From the IMG/VR virus record IMGVR_UViG_3300046514_000361: a stretch of 31,002 bases of DNA, one strand, 5' to 3'. This DNA is from an uncultured virus (IMG/VR IMGVR_UViG_3300046514_000361). Lineage: Duplodnaviria > Heunggongvirae > Uroviricota > Caudoviricetes. This document shows positions 18,005 through 25,436 of this stretch, piece after piece (position 1 is the stretch's first letter; every line of letters starts with the position of its first letter). The position numbers and the translations under genes are program-made. The notes beneath the pieces are model-generated. The model had not been told where the DNA came from. It ran no database searches and worked only from the letters and a program-made list of their open reading frames with translations.

Positions 18005-18572
18005 ATACGCTCCCGTGCGCCATCCATTCCTTTACAAGGTCACGCTTCCTGATGGGAGTGTGATCGTCAAACAGAAGATGGCGCGAGTGATCAAGGCCAG
18101 AAAGCCCGTCATTCTCACATTGACTGCCGAGCACGTCAAAAGATCGATGGAGCTTAAAGGAGTTGGCAATACCGCGACATGCGCGGCTGCGATTTGCACC
18201 TATGATCATGCCGCGTCGTTTGCGCCTTATCATCCGGTCGTTGGCTATACTGACTGGACTTATTCGCGCGTCTTCATCGCCTCGCGGCTTGATAGCCACG
18301 GATTGCCAGATGTCTGCTACGCCTACGAGCATGACGACGAAATTGCGAGACTGAACGATACAAGGGATGGCCAACGTCGGCTGCTTGCTCGAATCGAAAG
18401 AGATGGACCGATCACCATTAAATTGCATCCGTACCGGCAGCGTTCTGAAGAAGGACGCAGTGGCGGTTCGCGCAAGGCGACCGGCGTCCGATCAGCAAAA
18501 AAAACAGGGGCCAATCAGCGTTTGCTGACGGCATTTCAGACCGGTGCCCTGCCAACGCCGCCAAGGACATAG
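17982..18572 (+). CDS. Hypothetical protein
   Basis: AGAGGA RBS, 196 aa. Confidence 0.7.
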   Translation: MTKRRSSKYAPVRHPFLYKVTLPDGSVIVKQKMARVIKARKPVILTLTAEHVKRSMELKGVGNTATCAAAICTYDHAASFAPYHPVVGYTDWTYSRVFIASRLDSHGLPDVCYAYEHDDEIARLNDTRDGQRRLLARIERDGPITIKLHPYRQRSEEGRSGGSRKATGVRSAKKTGANQRLLTAFQTGALPTPPRT

Positions 18573-18578
18573 GTTTTG

Positions 18579-18806
18579 ATGCGCACGAAGCCACCTCAAG
18601 CTAACTGGATTCGGCAGTCCACCATGATGAAGCGCGCTCACCACTTCGATCTCACGCAATGCAGCGACCCGGCCTGCGGGCCGCACATCATCGCATACGA
18701 CGATGACAGCAAACCAATTTGCGAAATAGTTGTCGCCCGCGCCATGGTGCCAACCATCATCGCGGCGATGCAAGCGATGCTCTACCGCAAAGTCACAGAG
18801 GAATGA
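18579..18806 (+). CDS. Hypothetical protein
   Basis: CSDPACGPHI motif; in operon. Confidence 0.6.
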   Translation: MRTKPPQANWIRQSTMMKRAHHFDLTQCSDPACGPHIIAYDDDSKPICEIVVARAMVPTIIAAMQAMLYRKVTEE

Positions 18807-18937
18807 ATTGAGTTGGCTGAAGCTGCCCGCCCGGCCACGGCCGACGCGGGACCGGACAGTCGGAAGCCAGAGGGCACGACCAGTGACCGGACCCGGCCGG
18901 TAGGTACGGCCCTCACAATTTCGAAGGAGCAAACGCC

Positions 18938-19933
18938 ATGACGTCACGTTTCGCCGATCTGCCGCTGCCGACGCTGCGCGAAGGCGACGAAGGCCCAGCG
19001 GTCGCCTACATGCAAACCTTGCTGCCACACTCCCACGACGGCGATTTTGGTCCGATCACCGACGACGAAGTGCGAGATTTCCAGCGCACGCGCCGCCTGC
19101 CGGTGACCGGCATCGTGGACGACGCAACATGGGCCGCGCTTGAAGCCCACATGCCGCCGGTCCTTCCGGCGCTGCCGACCAGCACGATGGCTGGCGTGAT
19201 GATGATCGCGAGCATGTCGGAGATCGCTTCATACCAATGGCGCGATAGAGGCACCGCGCCGACCGGATACATGTGGGGCATGGCGCTGAGCTTCGCCCAA
19301 TCGTACCTGCGGCTGCAGGCCGGGCATCACGCGGTGGTCGAGATGGCGAAGGCCAACACCCACGACGACGACACCGATGCGCTCTCCTGGCTCAACTCGG
19401 ATTTCGTTGAGGTCGGGCTGACCAATGAGGAATTCGGGGCCGATACGCTGCGCCATCTCTATGTGCTGCTGCTCGGCCTCGGCATGCGCGAGACGAGCGG
19501 CGAGCACTGTTGCGGACGCGACACCTCGGCCGAGAACACCACCAGCGACACTTGCGAGGCTGGCCTGTTTCAGACGAGCTACAACGCGCATAGCTGTCAT
19601 CGCACGTTCGATCCGCTGATGGACGAGTTCGCGGCGGGCGAGACTGTCGCTGGCTTCTCCCAGGCGTTCGCGCGCGAAGTCGAATGCTCCGACTCTGACT
19701 GGGACTGCTACGGCAGCGGGCGCGGCAAAGACTTTCAGGAGTTGTGCAAGCACGAACCGGCGTTCGCGGTCGAAAGCTGCGCGCTCGTGCTGCGCAATTT
19801 GCGCCAGCACTACGGGCCGATCAATCGCCGCGAAGTCGAAATCCGCCGTGACGCCGACGACATGTTCCGCGCGGTGCAGCGATACATCGACGGGATTGAA
19901 ACGCAGGCGGCTGTCGCAGAGGCCAAGGCATGA
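18938..19933 (+). CDS. Peptidoglycan-binding domain protein with lysozyme-like domain (putative lysin)
   Basis: LREGDEGPAVAYMQ...DGDFGPIT...FQR...TGIVDDATW (PG_binding_1); MRETSG...AGLFQ; AAGGAG RBS. Confidence 0.8.
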   Translation: MTSRFADLPLPTLREGDEGPAVAYMQTLLPHSHDGDFGPITDDEVRDFQRTRRLPVTGIVDDATWAALEAHMPPVLPALPTSTMAGVMMIASMSEIASYQWRDRGTAPTGYMWGMALSFAQSYLRLQAGHHAVVEMAKANTHDDDTDALSWLNSDFVEVGLTNEEFGADTLRHLYVLLLGLGMRETSGEHCCGRDTSAENTTSDTCEAGLFQTSYNAHSCHRTFDPLMDEFAAGETVAGFSQAFAREVECSDSDWDCYGSGRGKDFQELCKHEPAFAVESCALVLRNLRQHYGPINRREVEIRRDADDMFRAVQRYIDGIETQAAVAEAKA

Positions 19934-20124
19934 CTCAACGCGGGTTGCGCAAACGTGAATTGTTGAGTCACGCCACGATGCCGCCGCGCGTGATAATGGT
20001 CAATCTGAGCGCACGCTTGCGTGCATTCTATGATGCGTTGGCAGAGATCGAAAGCCACAAGCGCGGCCGAGTCATAACGAGGCAAGAACTGATGCGCAAA
20101 ATGCCGACGGGGAAAAAACCATGA
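19930..20124 (+). CDS. Hypothetical protein
   Basis: ATGA coupling at both ends. Confidence 0.55.
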   Translation: MTQRGLRKRELLSHATMPPRVIMVNLSARLRAFYDALAEIESHKRGRVITRQELMRKMPTGKKP

Positions 20125-20342
20125 GCACGAAGAACCGACCCGGCCAATTCGACTGCTATGCCAAGCTCGATCCGGATGAGCCGTTCTTCATCTTGCGTGG
20201 GCAGGATTCGGAAGCAGCCGACTTCGTGGAAATGTGGGCGATCCGGGCTGGGTCGCTCGGATGCGATCACGACAAGGTGCTGGAAGCCCACGCGTGCGCC
20301 GAGGAAATGCGGCGATGGCCGAAGCGAAAGGCGCCTGACTAG
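20121..20342 (+). CDS. Conserved small phage protein (DEPFFILRGQD motif)
   Basis: Motif recurrent in phage accessory ORFs; ATGA coupling. Confidence 0.7.
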   Translation: MSTKNRPGQFDCYAKLDPDEPFFILRGQDSEAADFVEMWAIRAGSLGCDHDKVLEAHACAEEMRRWPKRKAPD

Positions 20343-20368
20343 AGGATTCGCACATCGGAGATGAAGCC

Positions 20369-20731
20369 ATGACGCATTCAGGTGGCAAGCCGCACGAGAA
20401 CGTCGGGGATCGGGGCCAGCGATACGAGGTCCGCGCCACCGGCTATCCGAAGGAAGAGCAGACCGTCATCGGCTGGGCCGACGATGTCTACGTCGCCAAC
20501 GAGATGGCGAACGCGATTCGCAAAGCGCCAGGATGCAGAGCGACCGCGATCTTCGACCGCCAAGAAGGCCACGTCGTGCGCGGCTGGCGCGCGCCGGTAT
20601 GCGATCCGGCTTGCCTGACACTGGCCGAGCACATGCTGCAGAACGAGCCGACGCTGCAGCCGCGCGCCGAAGACCTTGCCGTTGAGTTGGAGCGAGCAGC
20701 AACGGACTGGATCACGTTGGAGAAGGACTAA
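20369..20731 (+). CDS. Hypothetical protein
   Basis: GGAG RBS-like sequence; 120 aa. Confidence 0.65.
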   Translation: MTHSGGKPHENVGDRGQRYEVRATGYPKEEQTVIGWADDVYVANEMANAIRKAPGCRATAIFDRQEGHVVRGWRAPVCDPACLTLAEHMLQNEPTLQPRAEDLAVELERAATDWITLEKD

Positions 20732-20793
20732 CAGCGACACCACTCCACGCTGACGGTTGTAAAAAAATGGAGTGAAACATCGAGAGGCCGACA

Positions 20794-21609
20794 ATGACCA
20801 AAGCACCGACGACGAAAAAGGTTGAAGACAAGCCAGAGGCCAGGAAGATCGCGACCGCAATCGTGAAGCCTGCGGAAAAGATCATCACCAGCAAGACCGG
20901 GATCATGATCATTCCCGGCGTCAAGACCATGACGCTGACCACACTGATTGTCGGGACAGCGCCAATGATCGCGCACCAGTTCGATCAGAAGGTGATCGGC
21001 TCAATCCGCGACAAGCACATGGGCAAGGCGAGCGAGGGTCGCGAGGCGAAAGACCCGGAAGCCAATTTCGAGGCGGCGCGCTATCGCCTCTCGGACGGCA
21101 GCGATGGCGTCCCGGCAGGCGGCATCAAGGCGGCGATCACCAACGGATTCCCGAAGGGCAGCGGCGTCACGCAAAAATCCGCGAAGGGCTTGCGCGTCAT
21201 CGCCGACGATCCTCGCATCAATCTGGTGCGCATCATCGGGCCAAGGCTGAGCGCCGAACAAATGAAGTTGCCGGTCGATGCGCCGGGTCAATGGCCGCGC
21301 ATGCGTGAGGACGTCGTGCGAAATCAGACCGGCGTCGTGGATATCCGTCATCGTCCGGAATACTGGCCGTGGGCGATGGCGATCTCCGTTCAATATCTTC
21401 CGAGCATGATCTCGGCGAACCAATTGCTGCAGGGCATCGCGATGGCCGGGCACATCGATGGCTTGTGCGAATGGCGGCCGGGCAGCAAGGAATCGAAGAG
21501 CGGCACCTATGGCACTTGGCGGCTCGCGACCGCCGAGGAGGTTGAGCTTTTCGAGAAAGGTCTTTTGTTTGGTGGTGTGCAGCAGGCTCTTCGCGAAGCC
21601 GCCGAATAA
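20794..21609 (+). CDS. Stand-alone Cas7/RAMP-like RNA-binding protein
   Basis: First strand TTLIVGTAPMIAH, GVPAGGIKAAI (P...K helix), DIRHRPEYWPWAMAISVQY, and C-terminal Gly-rich loop AGHIDGLCEWRPGSKESKSGTYGTW; GAGAGG RBS; directly followed by the repeat array. Confidence 0.75.
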   Translation: MTKAPTTKKVEDKPEARKIATAIVKPAEKIITSKTGIMIIPGVKTMTLTTLIVGTAPMIAHQFDQKVIGSIRDKHMGKASEGREAKDPEANFEAARYRLSDGSDGVPAGGIKAAITNGFPKGSGVTQKSAKGLRVIADDPRINLVRIIGPRLSAEQMKLPVDAPGQWPRMREDVVRNQTGVVDIRHRPEYWPWAMAISVQYLPSMISANQLLQGIAMAGHIDGLCEWRPGSKESKSGTYGTWRLATAEEVELFEKGLLFGGVQQALREAAE

Positions 21610-21620
21610 AACATTGTGAT

Positions 21621-23140
21621 TGGCGCGGGTCGGTTGCGTACCGGCCCGCGTTCGGAGCGGCTGGGCTGGCACAGGCAGGGATGGTACCGGGATGGCTCGT
21701 ATGGTCACGGCAAGCAGTGGCAGGAGCGGAAAGCAAGGCATCGAAACGGTGCGGATGGTCCCGGCACGCACAGCAGTGGAACGGCAGGAGCGGACAGGCG
21801 AGCAACGTCTCGGCGTGCGGGGCGAGGCATGGAGAGGTTCGGCCACGCATAGGCTCGGCGCGGCAGGAGGGGCGTGGATCGGCGGGGCAGGGATCGCGAG
21901 GGCGCGGCGTGGATTGGCGCGGCGCGGCAGGAGCGGAGTGCATCGCATCGGCAAGGCGTGGAGTGGAGCGGCAGGAGAGGCACGGCGCGCATGGTCGGCG
22001 AGCATAGGAGCGGCGCGGCGAGGACTGGAACGGCAGGAGTGGAGCGGCCCGCATCGGATGGCGAAGGAACGCAAAGGTACGGCGGGCAACGGCAGGAGTG
22101 GAACGGCACCGCACAGCAGAGCGCAGGAATGTAACGGCCAGCAGTGAAGGGGAGCGGCAGGAGTGGCTTGGAAAGCAGTGGCTCGGACAGTCTGGGACCG
22201 TAGAGGAAGGCAACGGCAGGAGCGGATAGGCATGGACCGGCGCGGACGGTAGAGGCAGGCAGCGGTGCGGCTAGGCCCGGCGAGGTTTGGAACGGCAGGA
22301 GTGGAGCGGATGGCAGCGGCACGCGTGGGATCGGCGAGCATAGGAGTGGCACGGAGCGGCGCGGAGCGGCGCGGCAGGACCGGAGCGCAACGGCCCGCAA
22401 TGGCATGCATCGGCGAGGCGGGGAAGGGCGAGGCGAGGAGTGGCAGGAGCGGATGGCGGCGGCACGAAACGGCGCGGACGGCAACGGCAAGCACTGGACG
22501 GGTCTGCATCGGCGCGGCGCGGCAGGAGCGGCACGCATCGGCTCGTCGGGACATGGACGGCAAAGGCTTGGAAAGCCTGGGATAGGAACGGCAGGAGTGG
22601 ACGCGGCGAGGACTGAAACGGCAGGAGCGGATCGCAATGCAACGGCTTGGCGCGGCTCGTCATGCACGGGCAAGGAGTGCGATGGCTCGGATCGGCGCGG
22701 GTTGGCAGGAACGGCGGGGATGGTCGTGCATGGGCCAGGATCGGCCCGCAACGCATAGGCGCGGCAGGAAAGGAAAGCAGCGGCACGCATGGGCCTGGAC
22801 GGCACAGGTCGGCAATGCACCGGCGCGGCAGGAGCGGAGCGTACTGGCGTGCATCTGAATGGAACGGCAAGTGAGGGACCGGCAGGGCAGGAACGGCTCG
22901 CACCGCAGAGGCGCGGACGGCCAAGCACTGGACGGGCGAGCAACGGAGCGGATCGGCAGGAGCGGAGAGCAACGGCAGGGGTGCGGAAGGGATGGCAAGA
23001 GGCGAGGAATGGCGAGCATTGGCAGGAGCGGCACGCATAGCAAAGGCGAGGAGCGGACGGGCGAGGAATGGCGCGGCGCGGCAGGAGCGGAGTGCATCGC
23101 ATCGGCAAGGCGTGGAGTGGAGCGGCAAGGAGCGGAATGG
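21621..23140 (+). repeat. Non-coding pentamer-periodic array (G(G/C)(C/A)NN)n with GGCAGGA delimiters; putative guide-RNA array
   Basis: GGCAGGA at 21719, 21783, 21862, 21926, 21970, 22032, 22091, 22156, 22215, 22294, 22373, 22442, 22521, 22590, 22620, 22704, 22763, 22827, 22886, 22955, 23021, 23080; 5-nt periodicity between them; strongly G-rich and T-poor on +. Confidence 0.9.
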
Positions 23141-23174
23141 TTCTTTTTTACACCAAACAACAGGAGCAACTTAG

Positions 23175-23744
23175 ATGGCTAAATACACATGGACGGAAGG
23201 CCCAAAACCGGCAGTATCTGCCGACGTCTTTGGCGAAATTGTCGAAGAACTTGCGGCCGGTGCTGCGCCAGGATCGGTGCAGCCAGAATTGATCGTAGAG
23301 AAAGCGCGTCCGCGATCCAGCCCGATTCATCTGGCGTTTGATTGGCGCGACAAGGAAGCGGCGCATCTTTATCGGATCGAGCAAGCGCGTCACTTGGTTC
23401 GCCGCCTACAGATCGTTCGCGTCGAAGTCAGGCACAATCCCACGATCTCAAGCCGCGCATTCTATTCGGTTCGCACGCCGGATGACCGACAGGGATATGT
23501 GCCGCGAAGCCGCGTCCTGTCCGACCGCGATCTGCGTGGGCAAGTCATCGCCAGGGCGAAACGCGAACTCGAATCTTTTCTCAAGAAATATGCCAGCGTG
23601 CTCACGTTGAGCCGCGCGCTTCCCCATCTCAACGATGCAATCGACGCGATGCGCGACGAGATCGACCAACTGGAAATCGATGCCACGCGACGGCGCGATC
23701 CGCCGAAGCCGGGTGGAAAGGATGAGAGGGTCGCAGCCGAATGA
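23175..23744 (+). CDS. Conserved phage protein, putative accessory of the Cas7-like/array locus
   Basis: CAGGAG RBS; PELIVEKAR..SSPIH..FDWRD.EAA..YR..QAR.LVR motif. Confidence 0.8.
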   Translation: MAKYTWTEGPKPAVSADVFGEIVEELAAGAAPGSVQPELIVEKARPRSSPIHLAFDWRDKEAAHLYRIEQARHLVRRLQIVRVEVRHNPTISSRAFYSVRTPDDRQGYVPRSRVLSDRDLRGQVIARAKRELESFLKKYASVLTLSRALPHLNDAIDAMRDEIDQLEIDATRRRDPPKPGGKDERVAAE

Positions 23745-23914
23745 GCGCGTTGCAATTCGCGGCCAACTACCGGGCGTGGGCCATCGGCCGCCAGCAGCGC
23801 AACGGCTTCCACGTTCGTCGGGTCGTATGGGGCCGCCTGATGGCGCAAACGGAAAAGCGCAAGGACGAGACGATCAGGCGAGCGAACATCATGGTCGAGA
23901 GAAAACATGAGTGA
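23741..23914 (+). CDS. Small hypothetical protein (57 aa, MSALQFAANY...)
   Basis: Translated by hand; ATGA overlap with the upstream gene. Confidence 0.45.
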   Translation: MSALQFAANYRAWAIGRQQRNGFHVRRVVWGRLMAQTEKRKDETIRRANIMVERKHE

Positions 23915-24015
23915 GTGATCATCAAAATCGAATCGGGCTTGCCGCCAATCACCATCCCCGAAACGACCCGCTGCTGGGGCGAGCGGCAGCGGACCAAAAA
24001 TGATGGAGACAGGAC

Positions 24016-24609
24016 ATGGAAACCGTCAGCGTGAAGATGCCGCCCAGCGAGGCGCGCGATCTCTATCGGAAGTACAAGCAGCACCTCCACCATTCTGAGC
24101 GGATCGATCACGAGTGCCTGCGCGCCTATCAGTTGCTGGCGCAGGGGCGGCTGCTCATCAAGGCATTGGAGAGCATCAAGGCGGCGGGCCTCAACGCCGA
24201 AGGCTTGCCCAGGCTCGCCATTGCGCCGATGAACGCGACGACGTGCGACTGCCGCGTCTATGCGAGCGGGGCGGCGGTGTTCGATGGGCGCAAGGAGAAG
24301 GGCTACAGGGGCGGCGACGACACGCGCGAGTGGCTGACGCAGCGCGCCTACTTCCGCTTCCCGCGCGGGTCGTTCGCCGCCACGCGCGAGATATGGCGCG
24401 CCACCGCGCTGGTGCCGGGCGTGCCGGTGCATCTGCGCCCGGCGCGCGGTCAGGCCAACTATCACATCCTGTGGGAAGCCGAGTGGACCCGCATCGCGCC
24501 GCGTGACCCGTACCTGCTGCGGCGGATCGGCAAGGGCGATCTGTGGGTGATCTGCGCGATGTGGAATCTCACCGAGGTCGAGCGCGCGGCGCTCTCGACG
24601 CGGCTCTAG
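24016..24609 (+). CDS. Conserved hypothetical phage protein
   Basis: GGAG/AGGA RBS; HILWEAEW...DPYLLRRIG...W.LT.VE. Confidence 0.75.
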   Translation: METVSVKMPPSEARDLYRKYKQHLHHSERIDHECLRAYQLLAQGRLLIKALESIKAAGLNAEGLPRLAIAPMNATTCDCRVYASGAAVFDGRKEKGYRGGDDTREWLTQRAYFRFPRGSFAATREIWRATALVPGVPVHLRPARGQANYHILWEAEWTRIAPRDPYLLRRIGKGDLWVICAMWNLTEVERAALSTRL

Positions 24610-24623
24610 ATCGGGGAACAGCC

Positions 24624-24836
24624 ATGCCGAACAACAATCACGAGCCGATGCTGCAGTTCTTCACGTTCGAGCACTTGAAGCCAGAATTGCGCGAGATCAG
24701 TGCGCCGTTCGCCGGGCTTGCCAAGCAGATCGTAGACACGCTGCCGCGCAATCCCGAGCGCACCGTCGCGTTGCGCAAGCTGCTTGAGGCGAAAGACTGC
24801 GCTGTTCGCGCCAAGCTGTTTCGTGCCGAGGGATGA
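24624..24836 (+). CDS. Small helical-hairpin phage protein
   Basis: LQFF.FEHL...LPRNPERTVALRKLLEAKDCAVRA; GGGGA RBS. Confidence 0.75.
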   Translation: MPNNNHEPMLQFFTFEHLKPELREISAPFAGLAKQIVDTLPRNPERTVALRKLLEAKDCAVRAKLFRAEG

Positions 24837-25064
24837 GGCGAGGTTACCTGCTGCCGACTTCACCCGCAGCCGCGATGGCAACGGGCGAGCGTGCAAGGCG
24901 CTACAAGCCGCGATTCCGGAGGGCAGCAGGTTCGAAGATGCATCCGGTGAAATCGCGGAAGCCATCAAACGGCCAAGTCGGCCAAGAGTTGAGCCATGGT
25001 TCGGCAACGCATGGATATTTCCATCTCAACGACTCGCATGGTATCAATGTGAGGGAGTAGGCCG

Positions 25065-25436
25065 ATGGCGGCACGCGCCCGAGAGCCAGCGTTGTACGGG
25101 ACCGAAGACCAGATTTCGGAAATGGTCCTTGGTCCCGGCCACCTTCGCGATTGGCGCGAGAAAGCGGTGCTGCTTGAACGCGAGGGCTTGCCCAAGATCG
25201 ACCCGCTCATGGGCGGCCGATATCTCCCGGCGGTTCGCATGTTCTTCGACCGGCGCAATGGATGCGCGCCGGGCAACACTTCACTCAAGGTAGACGGACC
25301 TGAAAGATGGCCAAAGCAGAAACCAAGACTGCCACCGAAGCCGACGCCAACACCCTCGACGCCCCAGGACTTGAGTGGCGCGAGCGGGCAGGAGGAAAAC
25401 GTATTCCCATTTGGGTCGCCGCCAAGAAAGCCGTGA
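25065..25436 (+). CDS. Excisionase-like protein
   Basis: LEREGLPKIDPLMGGRYLPAVRMFFD; directly upstream of and overlapping the integrase; GGAG RBS. Confidence 0.65.
   Translation: MAARAREPALYGTEDQISEMVLGPGHLRDWREKAVLLEREGLPKIDPLMGGRYLPAVRMFFDRRNGCAPGNTSLKVDGPERWPKQKPRLPPKPTPTPSTPQDLSGASGQEENVFPFGSPPRKP

Noticed and set aside
21621..23140. Canonical CRISPR array
   Set aside because: No 23-47 bp identical repeats separated by unique spacers; the constant part is a 7-9 nt delimiter plus a triplet every 5 nt; no cas1/cas2
21001..23182. Long ORFs over the array (e.g. 21001-22563 -, 21705-23108 -, 22271-23128 -, 21620-22147 +)
   Set aside because: Low-complexity R/P/A/C/G translations in several frames arise from a T-poor 5-periodic repeat that rarely forms stops; 5-nt periodicity and off-frame unit lengths argue against coding
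24833..25060. 75-aa ORF between the helical-hairpin gene and the excisionase-like gene
   Set aside because: ATGA-coupled, but no motif and a competing overlapping frame; too uncertain to call
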